From the human T2T-CHM13v2.0 reference genome, Homo sapiens, in NCBI RefSeq assembly GCF_009914755.1, contig NC_060925.1: 64,000 nucleotides of DNA; one strand, given 5' to 3'. Position numbers and translations under genes: made by a program. The stretch's first letter is position 1, and each line of letters begins with the position of its first letter. The notes under the pieces were generated by a model, which saw nothing but the letters and a program-made list of their open reading frames with translations, searched no databases and had not been told where the DNA came from. Below are positions 13,600 to 26,384 of this stretch, in pieces.

Positions 13600-14340
13600 A
13601 AAAATATTTAACCTGTGTCGAATCATGAATAAATAATCAGGCAAATCAAATTTGAGGAACATTCTGCAAAACAACTTTTCAAAACAACTGTTAAAAACAA
13701 CTCTTCAACACTGTCAATGTCTTGAAAGACAAAATAGGAGAACTATTCTAGATTAAAAGAGATGAAAGACAAATGATAAATCAAAAGCAATACGTGATCC
13801 CTGTTGTCTTCCTGACTGAAATCAACAATCAGGAACATTGTTGGTACAAAAGGGAATTTTAAAACATGGTCTTAAATGTGATAATGATGTGTAGTTGTGT
13901 AAGAGAGTATTCTTGATATTATAAGCGACATGCTAAAGTCTTTAAAAGTGAAGTGTCTTAATGTCTGCAACTTACTATCAAATGTTGCAGGGGTGTGTGT
14001 GTATGCACACACATGGAGAGAGAGAGAAAGAGAGACAGAGGGGAAAAGTAAATGTGGCAAAATGTTAACAGATGTTGAATTAGCTAGGCACAGTGGTTTG
14101 AGCCTGTAGTCCCACCTACTCGGGAGGCTGAGGCGGGAGAATTTCCTGAGCCCAGGAGTTCAAGGCTACATGAACTATAATTGTGTCACTAAACTTCAGC
14201 CTGGGCAACATAGACAGACTATCTCTTAAAAAAATAAAAAAGGTAAAACAAATTGATGAATCTCTGTAACGTGTATATAGGGTGTTCTTTGTATTGTTCG
14301 ATTTTTCTTCAGGCTTGAAATTTCTCCAAATAAAAAGTTG
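13600..14340 (+). mobile_element. Old L1M 3' fragment containing an Alu monomer (14084-14242)
   Basis: L1MC/ME-type 3' text (ttctagattaaaagaga..., gtggcaaaatgttaaca, ttgaaatttctccaaataaaaagtt) flanking a FRAM-like single Alu arm. Confidence 0.7.
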
Positions 14341-16037
14341 GGGAAATCCGAAAGGATGCTGAGTTGCAGAGAGGTAAAATAATGATAGCAAAGTTGAGAT
14401 TCAAACCGAGGTGTTTCTGCTTTAGCTTTGGTTCCAACTCCCTGCACATAAGTTACCGCTCATCTGGCTGGGAAAATGAGAGGTCACTCTTGAAAAACTG
14501 GCTCACAATACAAAGAAGTATATCCCACCTCACAAATGAGTCAGAGGTACAGTAAAGACTGTAGGAGTTTGGAAGAGGAGTCGATGCTGCCATGCCGTAA
14601 GGCCAGGAACTGCATCTCTTTCTTCAGGGCTCTATGTCCAGGTTCTTGGAAACAGTAGGCACTCAAATAAATTTATTGAATAAGTACTTCTTGTTAGTAT
14701 TGGCCATCCTATGGATTGTGACTTTTGAATTAGACACTTAAAGATGAGTTGGATTTTGATTACTGAAAAGAAGGGAAGACTATCCAGGTAAATAAATGGC
14801 ATGCGAAAAACAATGCAGGGCAGGGAAGAAAAGTGGGGAGTGAGGGGTGGGGGAAAAGCTGGATAAACTGATAAAATTATTTAATAGCTTATCCTTAGGT
14901 CTCATCACTTGCATAGACTGGATGATGGTTTTAGAGATATATTATTTTGTGTTCTTTTTCTTCTTCTTCAACATATTGTTCTTACTGCTTCCCCTGCCCC
15001 ACACCCATTTTGGATTAGGAGAAGGAATATTGCTTATTGCAAGGGTCAGCCTGGGTTTTAGCCTTAAAACGTCCCAAAGAAAAATATCTGGGCACATTCA
15101 CTCTGAGGTGCAGAGCTAGAAGAAAGCTTTTCAGGATGCCAAGAGTATTTCATTTGACAGCACGTATTCGCTTTCATTCAAGATGAACCCTTAGCTAAAT
15201 CTCGTTATTTTGCTATTTCTCATCCATGAAGAAGCCACTTGAGGTGCCCAAAGAACCCTAGCATGCCAACTGTTAGCATGGCTGATGTGTGAGATCGCCA
15301 GCACTATGTACTCTGCAGAAATGTCATCTCAAATGCATCATTTTGCTAAGTAAGTGCCCCTGCTCAGTGCCAACACTAGTTTGTCTTCTGAATAGGCATG
15401 CTTCCTAGAAATTACCCTTTAGCTGACCCCACAGCACAACACACGTTACATGTTTAGTGATGTCACTCCCATTCCCTGGTTGCAGACAAGAGATGCCAGA
15501 AAAGAGGAGGGAGTTTAGCATTGAGGGAAATAGAAAGTCTCTCATCAGAGGCTCAATGCCAGATACACACATTTCAGGGCTCAGCCCACTGAACATGCAG
15601 ACATACATGGAATCCACGGTGAGAGTATGGAGAATCCAAGTGGAATGTGGGACCAGAAAGAGGCGGGAAGATCAGAGTTATGTGTAATAAAAGAGCTTTA
15701 ATAAGTTGCAAGAAAAATTTTGGGTTTCACGTAAAGGAGGATTTTGAAAAGATTAGAACTATTGGAGCTCGGGAATTCCTATAGAATGTTGTGAAATTCC
15801 TTCTTTAACTACTATGGATTCCTTTCTGAGATGGATTGAGTTTGTACTGTCTTGTCTGAAACACAGGGTTAATTCAGAAGTCTACTTAAGACACTATTAA
15901 CATTTATGCAGTAGCCAGATATGTGTGACTGCTTCATATCATTAAAGAATAGAGTAGTTTTGCCAAAAAAAAAAGGTACCACTATATTAACTTTCTTTGG
16001 TTTTCCCTAGACTTAACAGGTGGATTTTTGGGTTTGC

Positions 16038-16083
16038 TGAAGAAGAAAAAGAAGGAGAAGGAGAAGGAGAAGAAGAAGAGAAG
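16038..16083. repeat. GAA/GAG purine-rich low-complexity tract
   Basis: gaagaagaaaaagaaggagaaggagaaggagaagaagaagagaag. Confidence 0.85.
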
Positions 16084-16228
16084 TGTGATTAACAAGAAAA
16101 AAACTTATTTGGGGGCTATGAACACCTTGAATATTTAACAGAATATCAGCTACTCATCTGTAACCATTCACTACATAGCTAAACTTTTAGTAATAATGTA
16201 GGTATTCTCTGGCCAAGAGAAAGATAGG

Positions 16229-16229
<1 letters not shown>

Positions 16230-16262
<33 letters not shown>
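16230..16262. repeat. (TG)16 microsatellite
   Basis: Perfect dinucleotide run. Confidence 0.97.
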
Positions 16263-16264
<2 letters not shown>

Positions 16265-16576
16265 AACAGAAGAAAATGGAAAGAAAATAAAATAAAGGAT
16301 ATTTTGGAGTCAGTGAGTAAATATTTACTTTTAGAGTATAGCATGTTTTAATGGAATATGATGTGTAGGACTGGAGGAAAAATAACAAATATATTTACTT
16401 ATAATTACTTATTATTTTTACAAACTCTACTTACTAAAAATTATTTGAGACAGCTCACATTTATCCAACAAACACTGCTGAACACCTCATATATCCTTTG
16501 CCTAAATTTGTTGAGAGTAAGTACAGAGCACCACATGAGTCAGAATTCATAATGGCATGTACAAGGAATGTGATCA

Positions 16577-17035
16577 CTAGTAGGAGGCAATTCTCTATGG
16601 ACTTCCTAAGTTTCTGTATGTCTTGTGATAAGAGGTAGAGAATGCCTTTGTTATAGATTATCTTTTCAAGGATATTTGCATTATTGACTAGCCTTGGGGG
16701 AGAAAAAGGGAGAGACATAAAGACAGAAAGAATATTTCCCTCAAGAGCAATAGGCCAGCATGCTTACTGCCTATTATAAAGTATTTGAGTTCCCTAAGCT
16801 CAGGATTTTTTCCTTTTAAACAAAACCCACAGTGGCTTGGTTTTCTTCAAGTTACCATGTGGGAACTGGGGCTTGGGGAATGGGTGCAATTGCTGTAATA
16901 AGTAGTCCCATAACTGTAAGTAATAAATAGTTCTACATCTCTGGCCCAGGGGTCTTGTAGCTTCATCCAACAGCCATAAAAATGTGTAAGTAATTTCTTA
17001 GTTTGTATGTGGGGTAAACTTCCAGACCCTTAACA
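16577..17035 (+). mobile_element. Old ERV LTR (LTR40-like; subfamily uncertain)
   Basis: gaggcaattctctatgg...tgcctttgtt...tatcttttcaaggat...tataaa...ttccctaagctcagg...aataaa...cttaaca. Confidence 0.6.
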
Positions 17036-17238
17036 AATTTTGTTATTTGCTTTGAGTATTTGCATTTTATTCAGACAAATACTTGAGCCAAACTTGTACT
17101 TTCTCAAGGAAAAATATACCCTATCATATTTAATTTTCTTGTTAAATTTAAACTCAAAAACCTCCCCAGGGGAAAATGAGTAAAGGATGTTGTAAAAGAA
17201 AGAAGAGTCAAAATGGAATGATGAGAGTACCAAAAATA

Positions 17239-17371
17239 GGCTGGGTTTAGTGGCTCATGCCTGTAATCTGAGCACTTTGGGAGACCACGGTGGAAGAGTC
17301 GCTTGAGGCCAGGAGTTCAAGACCAGCATAAGCAACATAGCAAGACCCCATCTCTATTAAAAAAAAAAAAA
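17239..17371 (+). mobile_element. Alu monomer (FLAM-like)
   Basis: ggctgggtttagtggctcatgcctgtaatc...gaccccatctct followed by poly-A. Confidence 0.88.
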
Positions 17372-18818
17372 GTAAACAAATAGACAAACAAAAAATACCA
17401 AAAATAATGAAAAACCAAAAAAACAGGTCAAGAAAAGAGTAGAGCACAGGCATTAAACTTTTAAAAATGTCTTTAGACAAATGTTGTTTAAAAATATTTT
17501 AGATTCATCCAGTGGTTATGCTAATAGACATACTTTTGCTGAAAATATGGACAAGGGCTAGTTTATAGGGAGAGAGGTGGTTGACTATTCTTCACTAATT
17601 TTTAAATGGCAAAGTTTTATTACAGTTAAAGAATGGAAACAGACAGCTGTGAATAATTCATTTAAAATGTAAGCTGATGAAAGAAGGAGACAGACATTTT
17701 TCTAGTGTTCAAATTACGCGGTGCTTGTCCTAAATACTGCTGAATTCACCACTTGGAAGGGAAGACAAATCTTATTTGGAACGTGCCATTATTTAGTATG
17801 TAATTTCTTAATATCTCTTAATTATAAAGGTGTCAGTGAAAACCACAAACTCAGTTATTTAAATCTTTGATGCTTTTGAAAATTCAGCTATCTTCATCTA
17901 TTAGACAAAACAGATTTATTTATAAGATTCTATTAATTACATTTTAATAAAAATGAAGATGAAATAAAGTGGAACAAACTGAAAAAGAAATCATAGTGTT
18001 AGTGAATAATTTTTAACTACACTAAATATCAAATAAACACAATGCACCATGGCTGGTTAAAAAGTACTACATACAGTGATTTTTTAAAAAATCATGATAT
18101 AAAGAAGGTAGCTTCCACTTAGAAGAAAAGCATCACTGATTTCTCAATCAACTGAGAACAGCCATAGGGATAATCACAGGCCACTCTTGTCATTAAACAT
18201 GAACTCAAAATCCATCCAAATCAAGTAATCAGTCTGATGATTAAAAAGTAGAAAATGCCTTATAGAGAAATATAAAATGATCTGAGAATATCATATGTGA
18301 TGAAGGAAGTAATAACACATCCAAAGTTTCTTACCCAAAACCTTTGAGCAGCATTCAGAATGGTAGGACAATCTGATTTTCAATTTCATACATTTATGGT
18401 TGCTAGCATCTTTCATCTGGAATTCTTAGTTATCTCTTCAGAGTTGAATGAATCAAATCAGATTAATCAGCATTAACTGAGCATGTAAGGTACTGTATTT
18501 CCTTGCTAGGGGCACAAAAAGGTGAAGGCTGAAAAGAAAAAGAAGAAACCAGTAAGCTTCCAATCTATTAGGGAAGTAAGGCTAAAAATAATAATAAAAA
18601 AAGTAGATAACAGGTCAAGTGAACACTGGAAAAAACTTCCACCAGATAGGATGTGACTCATTGCCAAAAGAATTTTGCAAACAGTAATTGTTGGAATTCA
18701 AAGAGGAGAAACTACACTAGACTAGGGTGGTCTGAAAGGGCATCAAGAGCCAAATGGGATTTGATCTGGGATTGAAGGATGGTGAAATCTAGCTGAGTAA
18801 AGAATGCGAAGATCAAGA

Positions 18819-19136
18819 CAGAGGTTGGCAAACTACTGCTTGTGGGCCAAATTGGGTCTGCAGATTGTTTTTCTATATCTGCAGAACCAAAAGTGGATTG
18901 TACATTTTTAAATAGTTAAAAAAACAAAGAATAATATTTCATAGCACTGAGAAGTACATGAAATATAAATTTTAGTGTCCATAAAAAAGTTTTATTGGAA
19001 CACAGACACTGCCCATTGTTTATTTCTATGGCTGCTTTCATACTACAATGGCAGTGTTGAATAGTTGTGACAGAGACCAAATGGCTTGCAAAGCCTAATA
19101 TTTACTTGGCTCTTTGCTGACAAAGCTTGCCAACTG
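18819..19136. mobile_element. MER58B-like hAT MITE
   Basis: Terminal inverted repeats gttggcaa / ttgccaac; aaagttttattggaacacag core. Confidence 0.8.
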
Positions 19137-20035
19137 TTGGTGTAAGAGAATAACGTGCAATGATTAAGGAGACAATGTTGGCAGGCCTATAAATGTATCA
19201 AGAGGCCACTGAAAGTTTTGACTATAGGAGGAAGCCCATTCACAAATTGTTTCTGCTTCCTATACACATCACCTGGGCTTGCAAATGTTTGTTAAACCAA
19301 CAAATGAACCAGGATTTTCAGATTCCTAAGTCACTTGTTGCTTTATATCTGTTGCTCTTGAAAAGAATGAATGGCTTTTCCATAGGGGACATTCCCCTTT
19401 ACGTTTGTCTGTTCCACCTTCACGCAGGTGTGCTGGGAGCAGCTTGATACATATTGACATTGTTGGGCACAATAACAATACCTTGTGTTTCAGGGGTTGT
19501 GTGAGAATGTATTCAGGTGACTTCTTTTTGGACCTTTTTTCTTTGCATTGGATGATGTTTTTCTTCTACCTTTTCTACAATAGTTCAGAAATAGATACAA
19601 ACAGGAGGGTTCGGGGAGATTCCTGGAAGGGGATGGTATTGACACGAAGAATTAGCAAAAATCATAGCTCTCTCCAGAGGGTTTGTGAGGGCTAGACCAT
19701 TAGAGGAAAAAAATGGTTCAGGCAAAATAAACTGCAGCAGAACCCCAACTGTTAGGCCCTCTCCCCTGGGTGTTCCCATCAGTCCTGCATGGATGCATTT
19801 CAAATACCAACTTTCCATTCTAATCTTTTAGGGCAGCATGTAACCAGGCCTCACTGAGAGGAGAAATCCAAGAAGAGTGTAGAGAAACACACATGAGAGG
19901 AACCTCACAATAAAAAGGAAACAAACTCTGGGAAACATGGTTAAGAAATATCAGACTCAATTAATAATGGAGGCTTCAACAGCCTTGGAGAGATCCAATA
20001 CAAACTAAATTCAAACTATATGCCAGTGCTTCTAG

Positions 20036-20349
<314 letters not shown>

Positions 20350-23300
20350 CCATATTTACTTTTAATTGATTATGTTTTTTTTTTAAAAAAAAAACTTAGA
20401 GGAAAACTCTTTAAGAAAAACAAATCAGGCTAAAAACTACATTCTTCTAGGTAATGAAAAGTAGGCAAACAACATTAGTTTTGGATTTTTTAAAAATTAA
20501 AAACAGCTTTTCTTAATTGGTTCATTTGAAAAAAAATGGAAACTTCCAATAGGGAAAGGTAGAGCTGAGATGAAGTTAAGGGAGAACGTTACTGAATGGG
20601 AAAATATATAATATTTTAAAAATGCAATTTTAAATCATGCGTAACTTGTCTTGGAGTTCATCCCAGATAAGTATCAGTATAGTCAGGGATGATGACGAAT
20701 TCTGGATTAGAACTGTGCAAAGGTTTGAAATAGCAGTAAGCTCAAGTCTTGGGAATGCAAACTGGATGACATTTTGGAATGTCCTACTATCGAAAAGGAG
20801 AGAAATGAAGCTTAACCCCATATGTCAGTGTATTCTCATAAACAGCTACCTAAAAGGGCATAGCCAAGATGCAGTTAAACATAGCTACAGACACACGTGT
20901 GGACCTGGACAGCTAGATGCCTGCTTTAGGATATGAAAAATTTCCTAGGTCACAATTATAACAGTGCAATGATTTCTAGAAAAAGAAGATCATTTCCTAT
21001 CCTGGCTCAGAATGTTAAAAAAAATGACTTTCCCATAACATTTTCTAATGGATCTTCCAGTCACAGTCTCCTATGGAGGCATAATTTATGTAGTGGATGA
21101 CAAAGAGTTTTATGATATCTGGAATTCATTTAAAATCTTTAGATTGGAAAAATTGAGATCCAATTAAAATCTTAATAAATGACTCTGTGTTGCATATAAA
21201 TATATTAAATTAATATGTGTGCAGGCTGAAATTGGAAAAGTTATGAGAGTCAGCATGTTAATTCTATTTCTATCAGGGAACTAACTGTATGTTATAACTC
21301 TGAGAATTATTGGGTAATGGGGCTGTTTACAATGAGGCAAAACTGAATTTAAATAGCAAATATTCACCCATGACTTGTCATAACTCATGAAGTCTCCACC
21401 TTGAGGCATGGTGAAATCTCACTAGTGAAAGGCCTCTGAGGAGAGGGAAGGTGGACCAGGAAGCCAAGAAGAGCCCTAGGGAGGCTGATGTAGTGAAAGG
21501 GCCAGGTCCAAGGATCTCTCCATGAAAGGAAGCAAAGGCTGGCAGGCTGCTCTGTGGCACCCCCACGTAGTAGGTGAGATGCAGCAGTGAGAATCTTTGA
21601 TTGGAAGTCATTCTCATGCACAGAAGGTGGTAACAGCTTGGTTGGTGAGAGACTGATGAGAAGTGCTGGGTCTTTGTTAAGGTATGACCCAGGGGCTGAG
21701 GGTTGAAAAATACAGGATGAGTGTATGTATCCGGTACACTCAGATTGATAGAGTGTACCTATCCTCTGCATACTCACATATTTACCCTAGGTTTTGTATC
21801 CTAGTCTGTATCCCGGGGAGGATTCATACTTACCCTAAGTTTTCCTATGGCTACACTAAGACAACAGATGAAATGTGAAGAGTGACAAATGACAGAAATT
21901 GGGCTTCTAACATACTGGACAGCTGAATGTAGCAGTTAAGATGGCAAACCCACAAGTCCCTAGATTCAAACCCCTGTTCCCCTAGTTACCAGCTGGGGAT
22001 GATAACATCCATGTGGATGTTGTGAGGATCAAATGAGATACTTTCTTTAATTGCAGGATGCTCCATTTTGTTATTATTATTTTTGGAAATAGAAACTCTT
22101 GGCTTTAAGTCACATAATGTTAGAGCTGGAAAATTATGCTACACCTATGGATTTGACTAAGCTGTTCCTGTAGTTTGGCCAGTTTTAAAACAAAAAAATC
22201 CTGGCAACACACTCCTATCCTCCCAGCCCCAACAAATCTGGCTATCTCCATTCCCTGGTAGGTTCAAAACCTGTTTTTATTTCCATCCAAAAGCTTCCCC
22301 CCCACCCCCAGACATCGAGTGGTCCATCTAAAACAGTGATTGTTAATACTGTTTTGTAAATCTTCCAGTCCAGATTTATTCTAGAACTTGAGTTTGTTTT
22401 TAGATTGTTATAAATGTGCCTTTATTTCTAGCTGTTTGACATAACTTTTGGATGTTAATAAAAAAAATAACACCTTGGGAAGTATGGACATGGGTGGATA
22501 GAAATGTAATTGAGAAAGCCATATCCAAGTAGATTGAGGGAATTAGTAAAGGCCTCATCACGGCATACCCAAGTCATAACATGTTAAAAGTTTGCTCCGT
22601 TGGTGTTCATCCTCCTGAGACACCCAAGGCTGATGGCAATTATCCTATTCATCTTCTCCCACAAGTCTGTCTTTAGCGGAAGATTTTTTTCTTTACATAA
22701 AGAGCTATCATATAAAAAGTGCTCATAGTGCCAGAAATTGAGGTAAATGCAATTTGCAAACATTATTATCTCATTTAATTCTCTTGAGGATAGATAATAT
22801 TAGATAAGGTAAGGATTAAAGAGAGGTTAAGAAACTTGATCAAGGACACCCAGCAGGGAAGTACTTAGCAGGGCTGTTCACTAGGGCCTGCTGTTTCTCT
22901 TTCCAGATGTACAGACTTTCTAGAGAGAACGATGTGCTCTGCCCACCCTCACCCCTTTGCTCTGCTGTTCTGCCAGGGACATGCAGGAGACGGAGGCCTT
23001 CCTCTTAACCGCAAGAGGCCTTCCTTTTTTACTAATATTCCTCAGCACAGACCCTTTACGGGTGTCGGGCTGGGGGACGGTCAGGTGTTTCTCTTTCTCC
23101 TTCCTGAGATCTTTGCTTCCAATTTGGCTAAGGCCCTTTCCATGTTATAGTATCATGTATCTCTTATTCTTGTCTTTCTCACTTAACTGTGAGCCCACCT
23201 TGATGTTAGATATTCTGAAAGTCATTCTCCTATCCCTGAAAGGTCTTCAATAAAGATTTTTCCTCCACTTAGTGGAAGGTGAATAAAGTTTATTCTTCCA

Positions 23301-24711
23301 TTTAGTAGTGGCTCAATAAAAAAGTTTGTGGAATCAATCAAGGGATGAGTAAATGAATGAAATACTGAATTTTCCTGGCCTATGAAGGACCATGAGCTAA
23401 AGCAGCGGTTTAAAGTATATAGTCCCAAACAAAGAATTCTTACTAAAAACACACCGGATCTGTAAGGCAGAGGAGGGAGGGGCGGGAGGAAGAAGTCGAA
23501 GAGCAGGGTGTGGTATTCCAGGGAGACTGAAGACAGGAGCTTCCCATGGGACAGGCAGTTCATCCACAGGCTCAGCTTCTGCAACCTCCTTCCTGTGGTT
23601 ACTCCTGCTCTCTAAGAATTCTGCATGTTCTCATCAAGAAAATACCAAATTCCTTGAAAGCCTGGATTCTGCCTTGTGGTTTGTGAGCCAATCTCATGAC
23701 ACCACCAGCCCACAGTGCTTTTCCTGATTCCATGGAGGCAAACTAGACGGAGCTTCTAGCAAGTGAAACTTCTTTTGGGTAGATATTTGGGGGCCGCTTT
23801 TAAAATTTTTCTGACAGACCAAGTGGTAAAAATCTGTGTGTGTACACGGAATGCTCTCTCCCTTCTGCAATGCGTTTACTCTCCTTGTAGAAATAACTGC
23901 TTCTCTTAGCCGGCTCTTGCTTGGAGCAGGGAAGAGCAAAGTCCTATCATGTACACATACACAGTTTATAAACATATACTGTACAATCAACATGTACATA
24001 TATAATACAATATACACATGTGTGCATCCTGTATCTGTATACTGTATATCATGCATATACAATTTCATAAACAAGCTTGTACCAGGAAAAGGCAATAATT
24101 TATATATTATACACACATACATGTATATGTAAAATATGTACACACACACAAAATATACCATACAGAGTGTAAGGTTCATGACGTCTTTCTTTCGTTGATA
24201 TTTGTGCTCACTTATTAGCGGTAAATTATTAATTTTAGATAAGCCCATCACAGAGTGAAGGCTCAATCCTTGAACAGCCCAGGGAGAACTTCGTTGCTAC
24301 TTTTGAAAAGCCCTTTGATGTGCCCAAAGTCTCCAGAAGGGCGATGCCAAACCCACTCAACTTTGACAAAGTGTGAAACGTCTGTAAAAAGGAGTTCTCT
24401 GATGTGTGAGAGGAGACGGAACCGAGAAGAAAAGGCCGTACTCTGCCCCCCGCGGGACCCAGGTCCCCGCCTGCTGCAGAGCGCACTCTGCGCACGTCGA
24501 GCCGCGAAAGGTTCACAGAAGAAAACAAGAGAAAGAAGTAGCAGGCACTGAGGAGCCGCGGGCGCCGGCGCCCAGGACGGCACGTGACCCGGGGGCGGGG
24601 CCGCGCGGGCCGCGGGCCAGTGGATGGGGACGGGGGCGGGGCCGCGGCTCGGGGGGCGGGGTCTGTGGCGGCGCAGCTTACACCGCGGTCCCCTTATTTG
24701 GATCTGCGGGA

Positions 24712-24774
24712 ATGTGGGCTGGAGAGGTCCTGCCGTGGTACCAGCCTCCAGCCTGCCCCCAGGACTGCCCCTGA
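24712..24774 (+). other. Upstream ORF, 20 aa (MWAGEVLPWYQPPACPQDCP*), in the probable 5' UTR
   Basis: ATG at 24712 (G at -3) and TGA at 24772-24774; out of frame with the main ATG and ends 46 nt before it. Confidence 0.6.
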
Positions 24775-24820
24775 CCCAGGCGCGCCCGCTGCTCGGTGGC
24801 AGGAGGGCCGGCGGAGCGCC

Positions 24821-24838
24821 ATGGCCTGCATCCTGAAG
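24821..24838 (+). CDS. ST6GALNAC3: ST6GALNAC3 first coding exon (MACILK); alpha-N-acetylgalactosaminide alpha-2,6-sialyltransferase 3
   Basis: gcgccATGG Kozak context; ATG GCC TGC ATC CTG AAG then phase-0 donor GTAACG at 24839; MACILK matches my recall of the ST6GALNAC3 N-terminus (MACILKRKSVIAVSF...). Confidence 0.9.
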
Positions 24839-26384
24839 GTAACGACTTGGATCTGTGGCTCGGACGCGTGGTTGGCCAGCCCCTTGCTGCTCAGAGGCAC
24901 GGAGTCAGCCGCGGTCCCACCGCATCCTCATCTCAGTTGTCTTTTCCTGGCATTGATTTTCTTTTTGTTCCTTTGGCAAATGCATATGGAGGGAGATTCT
25001 GAAACATGCAGCTGGCACAGCTTCTTTTCCCACCATTCCTGCCTCCTGCTCGCGCCTGCATTGAAGGAGCTGCAGACTGTTGGCTCCAGGGGAGAGCAGG
25101 GCTGTGTGCCGAATAATGGGGATGGTAGGGAGAGGAGGGGTGTTCCCGCGGGTCCCGCGGCTCTGTGGAGCCTGAGGCCTTTCAGGGGCCACGGGGAGGG
25201 GTGGAGTGGCTAGGCGTGAGTTGCTGGTGGTGAGGGGCATAGCGCTTTAAATGGAGGGAAGAGTGAGCGGAGGTGGGCTCTACTGTGCATTTGATCATGT
25301 GAAGACAGAAACTTCTGAGTTTACAGGTAGTCCCTTAGGAATGAGTTTTCTATGAGATCTGCTAGCTCTGTTTGCCCTTAGCTCTACTTTGGAAAAGTTC
25401 ACACGAGGATGTATATGTTAGTAGAGAACCTCTCACTCTCTTTATGCTCATAAATTTGAATAGACAAAATGATTTTATGCTCTGCCAGAGTGCGCTCAGC
25501 CATCCCTTCTTTGTTGAGTTTTCTTTCTCCAAGACCGGATTCTTAGCCTCACCTGAGCATCTTTCTGGGTTCACAGACTTGTGGCCTCAGGTGGGAGAAC
25601 TTGGTGTGAGGGCCTCACTTAAAAAGAACTTTCCATCCCACTGGTAGAGGCCTCCCCTGCCCTCGTTTTTTTTTTTTGCACTACCTTTCTACAAGAACAT
25701 AACCTGGATGCATGAATCAAAAACATGAACAGCATGAAAGTTTCCTGGGCCTTGACTGGAGAATGCAGAGACCTAGTTGTCCAAGCCTGGGGGAACTGTG
25801 TGACGATGGAAAATACCAGGAAACAATTCGTTGTTGTTGTGTTATTGTGAAGTAGCATTTATTTCTCTATAAGATGATATTAAGTCATCTACTGTGTTCT
25901 GGTTACCTGAATCGTCTTCTAACGTGCCTGGTGTCAATGATGAAAATAAGAGACTAACCTCGTAGAAGTTGTTTCCCCTTCTTTGCGTAAAGGAGATCAG
26001 AAGTTTCCTGTGAGCTTTCTGAACTTCCTCTTTTTGTTTCAGAACATTTTCCAGGACATGAGGAAATAATACATCAGTATTACAGTATGGGGTATTTGAC
26101 CGGGAGGCTCTTAGCACAAGGACTGAAATATGAATATGAGTCATCTTTACTATTCATTGTGTTATTTGCTGAAAGGGACATTGAGGAGCATGATATTTAT
26201 TGCTGGCCATCTTTTTCTGTTTTGGTTTCTCCCCTGCCTTGTCCTATACATGTGGTAAACATCTTTAATGCACATCCCAAACTACACATGAATCTGGTCC
26301 AATCTTTCTCTTCTAGCACTTCACACTGCTTTCAGACATTTGGGACATATCTGTCCACCTTATCTTCCCTCCACTGAAACTAAT

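Larger units (their letters stand above)
24440..25220 (+). promoter_or_regulatory. ST6GALNAC3: CpG-island promoter of ST6GALNAC3: GC boxes (24592-24600, 24633-24641, 24653-24661), E-box CACGTG (24581-24586), CArG CCTTATTTGG (24692-24701)
   Basis: Dense CpG and very high GC against an AT-rich background; motifs read directly; TSS inferred at roughly 24680-24710. Confidence 0.9.

Noticed and set aside
21380-23300. GC-richer upstream segments with AATAAA motifs that might be lncRNA exons or old LTRs
   Set aside because: I could not assign termini, a consensus or splice pairs from sequence alone.
23694-24266. 190-aa minus-strand ORF divergent from the promoter
   Set aside because: It runs through TA/CA low-complexity sequence giving Y/I/M/C/V-biased text, with no recognisable domain or splice structure.
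24235-25240. Multiple overlapping R/G/A/P-rich ORFs on both strands
   Set aside because: Expected from stop-codon scarcity in a CpG island. Only MACILK, the uORF and the read-through frame were kept.
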